Shown here piece by piece: positions 26,276 through 38,624 of a stretch of 64,000 nucleotides of DNA. Position 1 is the first letter of the stretch; each line of letters starts with the position of its first letter. A program made the position numbers and the translations under genes. The notes beneath the pieces were generated by a model, which worked only from the letters and a program-made list of their open reading frames with translations, did no database searches and was not told the DNA's origin. Origin of the DNA: Phoronis australis (taxonomy: Eukaryota > Animalia > Phoronida); NCBI GenBank assembly GCA_002633005.1, contig NMRA01000557.1, forward strand, positions 81,679 to 145,678. The letters are read 5' to 3'.

Positions 26276-26511
26276 ACGGAACCGGAATATCTAACGCCAG
26301 TGTCATCAGCAGCTTGCAAACGAAGATGCTCGCTAGTTTGCGCAAGTACATTATGTTTCACCACAGTTATCCGGTTCGTCGATATGCCAGGGTACTACTC
26401 CTCCTACCGGCGCTGCGAACAGTTGGCTTCAAAGCAACACAAGCGTTTCTTTTGTCAACTTCGAGCGGGAGATTTCAGTTGTCCGCGTTGGCGCTAGAGA
26501 TGCTGACGTAA
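26276..26511 (+). CDS. Nuclear receptor terminal exon: helices 9-12 with AF-2 and stop
   Basis: ttgcag| acceptor. DGTGISNASVISSLQTKMLASLRKY...RRYARVLLLLPALRTVGFKATQAF...QLSALALEMLT*; H10 resembles RXR RFAKLLLRLPALRSIG and AF-2 is LALEML. Confidence 0.93.
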
Positions 26512-27127
26512 GGTAATCCGAAACCCAAGACAACGTGTCTTTGAAAGCACATATAAAGGATTGCCTTCAATGACGCAAGTTACACGTAATGGGACCTAGT
26601 GAAGCTACATGTAATGGCTTTGTTTTGATACAATACGTTCCGGAAGGCTTGCGGGAAGAATTTACATGTAGGTTTGTTACTTAGCGTTCCTCAGGGGCGC
26701 GTTGCGTACTTGGAAGAGCTTTTCGAACCCTTGTGACGAAAAACATTGGCTTAAGGAACTGAAATAGCGTTTCTGTTCTAACCTTAATACAGCCGTACGA
26801 ATGTATTTATGTTCGTGACCAAGTTCTGTTTTTGCTATTTATAGTGGCGGATGTAGCAGGGGGTGCAGGGTGGTCACAGCCCCCTAAAATTTCCCCACAT
26901 TCCATTTTGGACTTCGGGGGTGCGAATTTGATGGGCAAAGCCTGGCTAATACTCTGCTCTGGCCCCCGTTACTCAAAATCCTAGATCCGTCCCAAGTAAA
27001 TTTTACTTGCTACTAACACTATTTTTATTGTTAAGTACGTTGAGGCAGTACAATACAAAAATAAGTTACTTTATCTTTTTGAATTTCAAAAGAACAGGTC
27101 TTGGTGTGGAAAACAACATTGTTGTTG

Positions 27128-27267
27128 AAACGATTGTAAGAAAAAGCAGAGGCTGTTTGGTGCTGATTTCAACAGAGGCCAGTAACACATTGTTGATGAA
27201 TCTTAAACGATTGTAAGAAAAAGCAGAGGCTGCTTGGTGCTGATTTAAACAGAGGCCAGTAACACAT
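27128..27267. repeat. Two-copy tandem duplication (~77-bp period)
   Basis: AAACGATTGTAAGAAAAAGCAGAGGCTG...AACAGAGGCCAGTAACACAT occurs twice. Confidence 0.9.
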
Positions 27268-27966
27268 ACAAGACGGAGTTCAAACATCGAAAAAATCGTC
27301 TATCGATAAGAGAAGCTAAACAACGTTACGTAGACGCAAGACACGAATTTGCCAATGTCACGGTAGATCATGCAAAATCCCATTGATGGAAGGCGTGTGT
27401 CGTTGCTTGGGCTTTAAAACACCTGCGTAACTTTAGGGCGCTCTTAAATGTTCTAAGGATTTGAGGATTGATAATTTGTCTCTGTCTAGGATGTGTATTT
27501 TAGTAAAAATTCAGTACTATGGATAGCGAAGTAACTTTTGCTGCATTGTCTACGGCATGGCTTTTTTCATATAAAACCTATGTAAAGGTAGGACGAGCTT
27601 CCCAGGGATAGGAGTCTGATACAGCTCTATAGCTTTGGCTGTAATATTAAATAACCTTTCATTTTGCCGAAATTAGGTCATGTTATTGATCGTCTCGTTT
27701 TGCTATGAATCTACCTTTCTGTTTTGTTATATTTCCGTAAAAAAGGTCACGTGACATAACTAGTGGCAGATTAGTATAAAATCAAAAACCAGATACTAGC
27801 GATTTTCTGTTTTCAAAGATATATAGATGAATTTTATACTTATTTTTTGGATATTTTGCTCAATGTCCAGGCTTTTCATTGGGCTCCTACATCACATTGA
27901 GCAAAAAGGTAATCTCTGAAATTATACACATACAGTAGGTGCTAGTTAGCCAGATAATTTGTGTAA

Positions 27967-28450
27967 TTTTTTTATTTTTTTAAGAATTTATTATCATTTA
28001 TAAAACCGTACAAAAACAAACAAACAACATTCATTCATTCACGCATGCAAACTTCAGTAAAAACCATTCTCGTATCTCGTGTAAAGTAAATAACTTCTAC
28101 ATGTACATGTAGTTAACGTGAACAACGAAATTTTCCCATTTCGAAGAGAAGCTGTCGTATACGAAGTTTTTGTATGCAATTTTAATTGCTGAAAAATTAA
28201 AAATTTTCAGCATTGTAGTACTCATAAGTATGTGTAATAAACCTGTGAAAATTAGGTATATTTTTGTGACATCTCTCCTTGTAAATGTACCGTTTGACTA
28301 TTAGAAGCAAAATGTTAAAAGAAAAATCATGCGTCTCGTAAAGTCCAAGAATAACTCGATCGTAAGAGAGACTGTTGGGAAGCTGAATGCGACACTTGTG
28401 CATTAGCTGTCCGAATTCCTTCCAGAAATCTTGTACAATGTGTGCAAATT
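27967..28450 (-). mobile_element. 5'-truncated L1/Tx1-clade LINE 3' end
   Basis: Minus strand IVQDFWKEF...VILGL...FNILLLIVKRYIYKER...FSSKWENF is a typical ORF2 C-terminus, followed by AATAAA and an A-rich tail (plus-strand T-run 27967-27981). Confidence 0.75.
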
Positions 28451-31400
28451 ATTTCTAGACTGTGACGCTCTCATAGCCACGTCACTAATCCTTTTCTCAG
28501 AAACTGAGCGTGTAAACAATTTTCTGTATTTCCTGTCTTTTCTTGAAACAGAAACTTGGACTTGACCCAGTCCGTTTGTGACTAATCACTTCCTATCCTT
28601 AGGTACAAGAATATCTGCGGGTTTGTTCGGATATATCTAACACTTGAGATAAGTTATTTTGGACCAAATGCTTATCAAAATATTGGTATTTTCTTAAAGA
28701 ATTGGACTTTTGAAAAGGCGCAGAAATTGTTTGGACTGCATAATTTTAGCAGATTATAGAGGTGCCTAGTCTTAACCAAGTTTAGGTGTTGTTGTATGTA
28801 CTGTATGCATTGTTTTATGTCTCGTATGTATTATTTTACAGTCCTCGTGTGAGCAGAGTTTGCTTGATAAACTCAGAATTTACCAAAATTTCGCAGGTTT
28901 TGCTACACTGATTTTGTACATAGCGTTAATCAACGCAAACTGGGGGAGAGAAGATATTTTCTTATCCTTATCAATTTATGTTCAACTGTGTTTACAAACA
29001 AGCTGTGTGACATTACTGTTTTTGTAAACAAATCCATAATAGATCTTCTTTCAGCTAGGGTATTCATTTCGGTAACGGTAGACTAAAATTTTAAAAACAA
29101 TACTTTATAACCGATATCTGTGAATGGAGAGTGTTCGGTGTTGGGTACTCTGAATGCGCTGGTGTATGTAACTAGAGATAGCGTCTTTATGTCGTAGAAA
29201 ATACCGTTTCTATATTCCAAAGTGGGGTGGTCTTGAAGTACATGTACTGTATGACACTTGTTGCTGCTGCCACCTAGTGGATTTATGTAACTTTGTTTGC
29301 GCAATGAACATTCCGCGAAAAAGGTATGTGAAATAAAGTATGGCTGAACATAAAAATATAACAGATTTTTACATTTAACAATTACTAACGGCTCCCCACC
29401 TATATACTTAAAATAAAACAATTTCTCTGTAACCAACGACCATTCTAAATTTGGAGCACATTTGAAACTCTTTACAGAGTTTCCTAAACCGGGAAGCGTG
29501 ATTTATGCGAGTTGCAAACAACTGTCGGTGGGAAAAGACCAACGCCAAAACACAATGTCGATGTTATGCTATTTTTGCTTAGATGGATATGTTTTTTTCT
29601 CACTCAAGTGTAACCCCAATGGCTGTATTGGCATGAGGATGTGCAAGGATTGGTTGAAACCAACAAAAAAGCTTTAGCATTTTTTATATTAACGCTTATC
29701 ATTCTAACTTAGCTGCCAGACGCACTAATATCCACCAACGCAATGAGAGACGGTCCAGATAGTCTCCCCCTTGATCGCCAGTGCTTTATGTCTGTAACTG
29801 AAATCTCCTACTCAGAAGACCCCGTCAGTGAGATGACACGAACCTGGACATTAGGCTTTAATGAACAACAAAGTGGACAGAAGCACCTCAGTAAGAGAAC
29901 TGTTTGGCACTAAGCACAGCGAGTCGCACTTTGAGTGATAACCATAGCAACATCCTGGAAAAAGAAGGGCGTTGGTACTCCTATAAGGTTATAGACTTAT
30001 CCCAATTAAAACCAAGCCTTGGTTAGGTACTCAGCGGAAATCTCTGATGTTCTACTTCCGGGTCTCACTTCGGTTAAAACGACACAAGTCAGTCCGATTC
30101 ATTGTCAAATCACGGTTGAGTGCGGTTTGAAACATTTGAATTACCAATACGATTTCTCTTCATATTTTCCTCCACTAGATAGATTCACTGGCACATCCAC
30201 CGCACCCAGCTGTCTACCTATGACCTTGTGAGTTTGAACGAGTCTTTCACGAGCTCCAGATAGTTTCCGAAGCCTCTGCGACGTTTTTGAGAAAATTCGC
30301 ATACAGTGGGCGAACACTGATTATTCCAAAATACCCAGAATCCACCCAATTCTGAATAAACATGTAGTATAGCACCCACGTGTTACTATTTTTCTAGTTC
30401 GACACCCGCCACTTGAAACAAGAGGAAGACGTAACCGAGTTTTAATGCTTGAAAAGTTAAGTTTAAAGATAATTGCATGTAATTTCATAAATTCATTATG
30501 TGGAGAATTTCTCGCTCACCGCTCAGATTCCCTCAGCCCCAGACAACTTTTATGATTCCTAGTCAGCACGCCCTTTGTATTGTTGTAGATCTGAGCTAAT
30601 GAAGTGAAAAGGCTATAGCTATCACTACTGCCTCAAAGATTATGGCTGTTATTACACCCAAATCGGTTTTCTCTGGCATTTGCACAGGGTTACAGCCTGC
30701 AACTGCGGAGAGTAGTTTTAACTTGGTACATTTTAAATACTACAAAATGACCAAAAAGTTTTGTTTATCTTGACAAAGGGCCACTTCCCAAAGGTCTACC
30801 ATTGGCGATTGCTGTCGAACAAATTAAATACTTCCTTATGTCCACCTCACATAATAACTGACGGGTNGGGGGTCAGCCACACATTTCAGATGGACCAATC
30901 TCATTTTAGATCTTGGGGTCACCACTGAATCCGCTTATTATCAACATGCATTTCTTGGAAACTGAATGACCAAATGAACACGTGCTTACCATGCCCTTAG
31001 TTATTAACTGTGTTTCAAACGTTCTGTGGCAAGTTAAATGGTCGAATTGAGATACATTTATTACATTTCAATGATATAACCTGCTAATTCCAGTATACAT
31101 GTAAGTATATCAATGAAATGGCCTACATTTGTATTGTCATGATCAGATCATGTTGTGGTGATACGGAAGATAGCTTTTAGTGTGAAGTCCGGAGACAGTC
31201 CTAAGAACCAACTTTCACAGATCCTATAGAAGGAGGGCAATGAGAACGAGTCTTCGGATGCAGATGTCTACTTTATGCCATTAGACCTTGCTCTACTGCC
31301 CAGTGGCAATTAGACGTGTTTACAGAACCCTGGTGACAGGTATCAGAACAAAAGAAGTCGCGCGACCGTGTTGATAACCTAAATTAAACTTCCGTTTACG

Positions 31401-33499
31401 TGAGTTTTTACAGGTTGATGGCTCAATTACACTAACTCTTTGTTTGGAAATTGCGATAAGTTGAATAATGAATGCCCAACCCATTCACAGCATTCAGTTT
31501 CTTATCTTAATCATATTAAAACGTCACTTCATAACTACGAGGTGTATGAGTAAGACTCCCTCATGTAAACATGGTAAGACTTACTTGCTTGAATTTCTGT
31601 GGTATCAAAATTCTGGGAACGTGGTCACGTTTCATTTTTGACGGAGGCAGATGGTACTCGCCGAAGGCAATTAAGAATGTGAGGGTTCGACGTTGCTGAT
31701 TAAATACTCACTTGAGTGGAACGAATTTTTCATTGCGTGGAAGAGAATCAAGACGCAGAGCCGTGTCCATCAGACTAAGTTTGTGTCCCAGCCTCGAATT
31801 GTGGAACAAGCAATTCAGTCTTCAAACTCAGATTGTGGTATATTTCATGGTCATAATACACAGCATTTTCTACAGATGTTCTATTACATAAATCACATTA
31901 CGTTCGAAGCTACTTTTACAAAGCGAAACTAGTTCGGTAAGTACCTTTTCTTGCAGCGGTCATTTGCGCTTACATGTAGGTTCAGTACTTTTCAGAGATT
32001 TGCCACTTTATATATGAGTGTTTAAGTCATGTCCTATTTGTGAAGCTGCGATCATTGTAAGTTATATGTACATTTGACTAACACTTGAGCAAAAAAAATG
32101 AGAATGGTGTCTCTGACATGTTGCGTGACGGTGGACGTTGAAGTGTTTATAATATTTAACATCAAATACGCATTTGTTCTTGCTGGCTAAAAACGGCCTT
32201 TTATTCTCATAAAAACGGTCTCGTAATATCTTTCACCACGATAGGGTTTTATTTTCGCTACCAACATGAACATCGAAGCCAACAACGACTCAAGAACAAC
32301 CTTTGGTCTATTGATGTTGGCCAACCTTTATTGCAAATTTCAAGATGATGCGTCTACGCATTGCACAGTTGCAGTGTAGCGCAGACAAAATGGATTGTGC
32401 TGAAATACACAGATGTTCATGTTCGTGCGGGCCTCTTCCTTTACGCGCATGGGGCCGTTTTATCAATGTTCGATACGCCGATAGGAAGTAAGTCGGTCTC
32501 GAGCACAATATGGCGAGCGCGACATGGCTTGGTGAGAGGAAAGCACGGTGTTTTAAAGAAGATGCTACTGTTTAATGTTACGTTCACGTCATCCAAATTC
32601 GCAATGGATAGCAATGAGGCGTGGACACAGCAGACATGCAGACGTGAAATGTTGGTTGAAACATAACGGCCAGGGCGAAATTACCTGAGCAACAGGGCAG
32701 ATTGCGTTCTGTATACACAATTCGAAAAAACATATAGCGGAAACGAATGATCATGCAACTCCGTACGACAGATAGCCGTGCATAAGTTAAAATCTGAATC
32801 CCACAGCGGCACTAGCTTTAACTACTCCCCGAATTCTTGCGGCTACGCATGACAGCCCTGATGGGGTCGGTTTCATGAAAAGGACTTGAGGCGTTTAAAA
32901 ATTAGAACCTGGTTTGGTTTTACTCTTCACTTTACTACACGTATTTCTGAAAAATAATCAAATCTCGCTTTAGCGAAACTATGAAGTATCTGATGATAAA
33001 CAGGTACATCCCACAACTGCTACTGAGAAAACTTTCACTGGTTATGTCTAAGCTGTGACGTGTTATTAAAAAAATGGTATTTTGGGTGAGGGACCGTAAG
33101 ACGAAATTTCTGATTTAAGTCTCTTTTTAAGAAACAAATGGCAGGTCAATTTTTGAACTTTTTGAAGTGTCGTACATGTATGCCTTGCATGTGCGCACCC
33201 AGCCAAAATGTAGGGGGGGGCTTGGATTTTCTGCATGCGAACATTTTACTGAGCAAAATCAACTAGGACTAAAAAAACGGGGCCAGTACGTTCAGGCCTA
33301 CGAATTGTGCGTCCGCCACGAATTCCTGTGGATTTTGTGGACTCGTTTACTCGGACTTTTTGTTTCACTTAGGTGGACTTTTTTGCCCAATTCGCCACTT
33401 TGGGGGGCTCGTTCGAGCCCCAAGAGCCCCCCCCCCTTCCCCCTGGGTGCGCCCATGCCTTAAGGACTAGCTGGGTGAAACAATTTCTGATCAGTTCAT

Positions 33500-33985
33500 G
33501 ACGGCGTTCTCCCGTTCAATGACTTTACCAGACGTAAAGGGTTGTGAGCGTGTGATAACATCTAGCTTCTTCTTGAACTGCAAAGCAGTCTTTTGTCTGG
33601 TATTAGAACAGACAGGCCAGTTATCTAGCAGGCTTATTACAGACCACGTGTGAACACAGTCAATTCTAGAGCGAATTGGTACTTTCGGAAAAAATAGATT
33701 GTCGTAATTTAGTTGGGCGACTTTGGCAATTCAAAAACTAAACATGATCAGAAATAACATTGGTTTATGTTCAAACATGTTATAAGTTAACAGCACAGCC
33801 CAGTCGGTTTAGAAATAATATTATTGGAGATTAAAGCAATTATCGAACAAAAGAGAGCTACATGTAGCTCGGCCTCCAGAATGGAGTTAATAAGTCTCGT
33901 AAGATATTGGCTACAGGGACCATCTTCCCAACTTGATGTTGGTCTATAGAATGCAACAAGTTGAGGGCAACGGGAAAACACCGTA
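33500..33985 (+). mobile_element. MITE family X, copy A (TIR ~ACGGYGTTTTCCCGTT)
   Basis: Starts GACGGCGTTCTCCCGTT and ends AACGGGAAAACACCGT; homologous to 34218-34716 (inverted) and 42505-43035. Confidence 0.75.
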
Positions 33986-34217
33986 AAGTTGACTGGCAAC
34001 ATGGCGTATCCCAAAAACAACATTCACGCAAAGGCTCAAATGTAATTCTGCCTTTATAGCATACATGTATGCGTCGTAAAGTTTAATGTGTGTACGACCG
34101 AATGGAAACTGTGTTTCTCGGTGACTTTTTTCGGATAAACCGCATTTTGTTCTGTTTACGTGTATACCTCGTGTTTATTTCCAGATCCACGTGTCCAACG
34201 TTTGGTGCAGATTCATA

Positions 34218-34716
34218 ACGACGTTTTCCCATTGACCCCAACATGTTCGATTCTACATGTATAGCCCAACAACAAGGTGGGAAGATGACCCCTGTAGCCA
34301 ATATCTCACACGACCGATTAACTGCATTCTGGCATTTAAGGATGAAGGGCCAGCTCTCTTTTGTTCGATAAAATCATATCTCGCCCAACTGGGCTGTGCT
34401 ATTAAAAACAAAGTTAAGTTATAACATATTTGAACATAAACCAATAGAATTTCTGATTTTCGCGTGAAATGCTGATCATGTTTAATTTTTGAATCGCCAA
34501 AATCGCTCAACTACAACCGAAGTTACGACAATCTATTCTTTCCGAACGTAACAATTCGCTCTGGGGTTGAGTGTGTTCACACGTGCTCTGTAATAAGCCT
34601 GCCTGTTGTCACACCAGAAAAAAGACTGTGCTTGGCAGTTAGTAAACGTTCTAGTTGTTATCAAATGCTCACAACCCTCAACGTCTGGTAAAGTCACTCT
34701 ATTGGGGAACGCCGTA
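34218..34716 (-). mobile_element. MITE family X, copy B (inverted relative to A)
   Basis: Reverse complement aligns with copies A and C along its length (GACTTTACCAGACGT, CAGGCTTATTACAGA, ATAGATTGTCGTAA, GTAGAATCGAACA). Confidence 0.75.
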
Positions 34717-34892
34717 AAGTTGTTGGGTTCTTTGTTTCCCATCTTACAATAAAGTTCACAAAATAACGAAAATTTCTTTTTTGTGGTTACATACTGTAGA
34801 TAATTCATAAAGTTATGTTTTACAGTGAGGAGCAACATTTTCAGACGATGTGCATCTCCGGCTAATGAAAAGGTGACCTTTTGAGAAAGAGG

Positions 34893-37346
34893 ATGACAGC
34901 TTTTCACCTGATTCTTCTTGTCGTGCTTTGGGCAATAGTGTACTCTGCTGATGCTAGGTCGGCGACATCTCAAGGAAGATTTCCATCGTTTTCTCCGAAT
35001 CTCAGCACAACTAAAAGACCCACCTCTTCCAACAATAGCCCATCGATACATCGAGAGACGACACCAGCGCCCTCTAAACCGTCTGTAACGTCGAAAAGAA
35101 ACTTGATATCTACTGCTGACACGACATGGTATTTCATGAACTGCACACTCAGCAAAACAACCACAAACCTATCAAAATCAGCATTCGAACATGGCAAAAC
35201 GTTCATCTACTTTAAAATAAAAACTTCTGCCGGTATTTTATCTTCACCACTGGTATGGGTTGACAACGAACTCGGCAAGCCACTCGTGACGTATCACTCG
35301 TCATTTCGGTTACTTTCTCTGGGAACGTTTAATCGTAATATCAAGACCATTTATTTCAATTTGGCAGGCTCGTGTGAAAGCAACAACGGTACACTGTTCA
35401 GTACAATCTTGCGTTTGCTACCTGGGGTACTGAATCAATCAGCTCAAATCTCTTCACTCTGCAACTTCTATGACATGCACGTTTCAACACTACACCTGAA
35501 TACAAACGGATACGCTTTCTGCTGCCAACTCTCTAAGCCGACAAAATGTGAAAAACTGTATGGCGATGATACACTCAAAACAGTTGCCTCTTTGTGCCTG
35601 ACCTTTTTCTCGCCGTTGATACTCTTCTACTTGATTCCAAGATTGGAAGAGGCCTTTCAGCATGAGGACGAGTTGTATATCGGCCTGACCGAAGTGACTC
35701 CGCTTCAATTAGCGCATCCCGTGCAGCTGGTGATTTTAGGTTTACATAGGGGTCCCAGGGTTATTAAGAAAGTTGGAGCAGTGTCACTGTCAGGGATTGC
35801 ATCCATAGTTAGGTTCATGCTTCCTGTTGTTCCAGTCATAGACACGTGGGTCGCTGTAGCTCTTCTTCTATCCTCGTTGATTCTTATGTTGGTGCCCGTT
35901 TTGCTGATTCAGAGTGCAATGCAAGATGGTTCTCGTCATAATGTCTGCTATGGCTCGTTTCTTGATGTGCCAAAACGATTAAGACTGAAGGGACGCAGAC
36001 ATATTTCGAACATGCTTCTACACAGGATGTCCTTTGTGTTTAAACGTGTGTTTTGGAAACACTGGTTGACAAAAAGACGACAGTGGCGTTACAAACGTTG
36101 TCTGCAAGTATTTGTCTTCATCTGGCTGTTCTTGCTATGTCTTACGCCTGTCATTGGTATGTGCACAATGTTTTTGAATTACATGTTCGTGTTCAAACCT
36201 CTCGATCATAGCAGGTTAAAATCTGCAGTACATCTTTCATTGTATCTAAGCCTACTTCTTGTCATTGTTTACTGTTGGTCTATAACTGTGTTTACCTTAA
36301 GTTGCATTGTTTTTCGTTGTTTAGAGTATACCATCAAAGGGTTGGTTAAAAACCATTCCTACATTTTTGTAGATCTTTTGTTTGCACTGTTCGTGACTCA
36401 TTTTGTTTTAAACGTTCTCTCTAAAGTTAACAACCAATTCATCAGTTACAAAAAATTAATATTTGAAGAAGCCGAGCGAATCAAAGACGTCTATCCCGAT
36501 ATTTGGATAGCGAAAGATGGTATACCGTTTATACCAAAACACTTATACAATCATGTTATCAACACCGTGTTTCCAGTTACAATGAACGAACTGAAAGTGT
36601 TGGGCAAACTTGCGCTTGGAGTTTTGTTTTTCGTAATCGTTAGAAAGTCTATTGAAGACTTCCACATTAAATGGTCGGCATTTGGCGAGGGTATTGTTTC
36701 TGCAGCCACATTTGCTATCCCCGGGATGTTGGAGTACTATAGCGTTGGAGATTCCACAACCGAATATCGTTTAAAGCACATGGTTGAATGTGCTCTTAAG
36801 GAGTGGTTGGATCAAAGAGTCGCGTTCTTACACTTCAAGAAAGGGGAGTTCGAAGGTGAGGCACAAGGACCCAGTGGCATTAATGCCGACAGCAATTCCG
36901 TTGAAGAGTCCAGGAGTGCTGCAAACGATGAAACACGAAGTCAACAGGGCTATTTAGTCAAAGACGAAACACAAACAGTTTGCACCAGTGCCATTTTCAC
37001 GGAAGGGCGTCGCGAACACAAAAATTACACAATCAAGCACCAGTCACGCGACAACAACAGTGGACGAGGTGTGCAGAGGTCGTACTTGACACCAGACACT
37101 AAGGAACGCATGTTGACGTCACACAGCCTTAATAGTGAACTTAGTAACTGGAATGACAAAGACTCAAGTCATGATGAGCATAGTATCGGAAATAACAGCA
37201 ACGGGAATTCTATCATATCAGATTCACAAGAGACTTTCCATGTTGTAGACACGATTGACGCACGGCAACAAGGCAACACTGACGTCTGCGTTGACGTGCA
37301 CACGCCGCCTAGCGGTTACTCCTGGACTGTGGACACACGTTTGTGA
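34893..37346 (+). CDS. Uncharacterised intronless multi-pass membrane protein (~817 aa)
   Basis: 2454-nt open frame from ATG 34893 with signal peptide MTAFHLILLVVLWAIVYSADA, S/T/P-rich stalk, Cys- and N-glycosylation-rich ectodomain, about 8 hydrophobic segments and a polar low-complexity tail. Candidate splice acceptor ttttacag| at 34825. Confidence 0.88.
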   Translation: MTAFHLILLVVLWAIVYSADARSATSQGRFPSFSPNLSTTKRPTSSNNSPSIHRETTPAPSKPSVTSKRNLISTADTTWYFMNCTLSKTTTNLSKSAFEHGKTFIYFKIKTSAGILSSPLVWVDNELGKPLVTYHSSFRLLSLGTFNRNIKTIYFNLAGSCESNNGTLFSTILRLLPGVLNQSAQISSLCNFYDMHVSTLHLNTNGYAFCCQLSKPTKCEKLYGDDTLKTVASLCLTFFSPLILFYLIPRLEEAFQHEDELYIGLTEVTPLQLAHPVQLVILGLHRGPRVIKKVGAVSLSGIASIVRFMLPVVPVIDTWVAVALLLSSLILMLVPVLLIQSAMQDGSRHNVCYGSFLDVPKRLRLKGRRHISNMLLHRMSFVFKRVFWKHWLTKRRQWRYKRCLQVFVFIWLFLLCLTPVIGMCTMFLNYMFVFKPLDHSRLKSAVHLSLYLSLLLVIVYCWSITVFTLSCIVFRCLEYTIKGLVKNHSYIFVDLLFALFVTHFVLNVLSKVNNQFISYKKLIFEEAERIKDVYPDIWIAKDGIPFIPKHLYNHVINTVFPVTMNELKVLGKLALGVLFFVIVRKSIEDFHIKWSAFGEGIVSAATFAIPGMLEYYSVGDSTTEYRLKHMVECALKEWLDQRVAFLHFKKGEFEGEAQGPSGINADSNSVEESRSAANDETRSQQGYLVKDETQTVCTSAIFTEGRREHKNYTIKHQSRDNNSGRGVQRSYLTPDTKERMLTSHSLNSELSNWNDKDSSHDEHSIGNNSNGNSIISDSQETFHVVDTIDARQQGNTDVCVDVHTPPSGYSWTVDTRL

Positions 37347-37448
37347 AAGATGTGACACGGAAGGAGTGACGAATGTGTAGAGATGCGTTATGGGTGCAGA
37401 GTGTATTTTGCTGCACACCTCACTGATTTTGGCCAGTTCATGCTACCG

Positions 37449-37882
37449 TAGCCTGACTCGTGAAAGTTAGGTCGTATATGGTAGATGCTTGTGTTTACAA
37501 AAATGCAGCTTGGCATTCCATTTCTTAAATTTTTGCAACAGGCGTAACGAAATGAAACCAGTTCCGATAATTTTTTGTGACATGCACTCAACTTCGTGGA
37601 AGAAGAACAGTTGATTGAGGAATCGGTGAAAAAATAAACTGGCCAATAGGTGACGCAATATTTCATGACGCTGAAAGCCAAGCAAAAGATTGCACCACAA
37701 TTTTAGCAGTAGAATAACGGCAGAATGCCAATGTTTCCAATACTGCGGCAAACATTTAGTTTACTTCAGGAAGAGTATAGTTTTTAGTGACACTAGTTTT
37801 GTGTCATATTTTGGTTAGTTTTTTACCCACATCGGAGCAAAACTGTATGACTTAGCATGCAGCTCTTCTTGCACCAAGGCTA
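37449..37882 (+). mobile_element. Non-autonomous DNA element with TAGCCT...AGGCTA termini, copy 2
   Basis: Homologous to 14499-14969; lies just downstream of the TM gene stop. Confidence 0.65.
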
Positions 37883-38624
37883 GGTGATGCTGCGAGATAT
37901 TTTTTGTTGCTCGTACGTATTATTGCCAATTTTTGCTTGTTCCCATAACCACGATGGCGGAAATTAAAACGTTGCAATTTGAATTTACTGTTTGCATAAT
38001 CCAGATAATCAGAGGTCGATTAAACAAGATGCATACTCTCTCAAAATTGCATTGGAAGTATTTCATGCAGCATATAATTGTATCATTTTATGGCCTGGTC
38101 AGCCAAGGTGGCTTATCAGCCAATGATACACGCATGCTGACTCAAAACAGAAGCCTGATGAGAATGAACTTTGGATAATTACGGTGTTTGTATAGTTCAT
38201 TGTTGCATACAGCTTTAAACTCTACCACCTTTCGAAAGTATGTAAATTTACCGAGTTAAATCATGCTACTTTGTTTATATTTGTTAAATGCACAGGCTTG
38301 TCGATAGGGATCTACACAACCTTGAGTGGAACACATTGGAGAATTTATTTCGTGGTTTATTTTCTATTTAATATTTGACGGTGCGCAGTTAGCTAATTTA
38401 AATTCTCTGCTGCTTGTCAATCATTTTTGTTAGACTCAGGTACAGTGTTATCGTTTTCAAGCACACTTTGTAAGCAATATATGAGATAAAACTAAAACAC
38501 AATTTTTATTCAGTCAGCAAGTCACTTAATGTCCAGTGTAGTGTGAGACCAACACAGAGAAACATGCATCATGCGTTTGTTAGAATAGCGATTAGTGAAA
38601 TACAAAATACACAGTTGGATAATA

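Noticed and set aside
34881-34892. TTG start given by the ORF track
   Set aside because: Eukaryotic gene; ATG at 34893 directly begins the signal peptide.
34893-37346. Rhodopsin-class or adhesion GPCR assignment for the intronless TM ORF
   Set aside because: No DRY, NPxxY or GPS motifs, and helix spacing does not fit a compact 7TM bundle.
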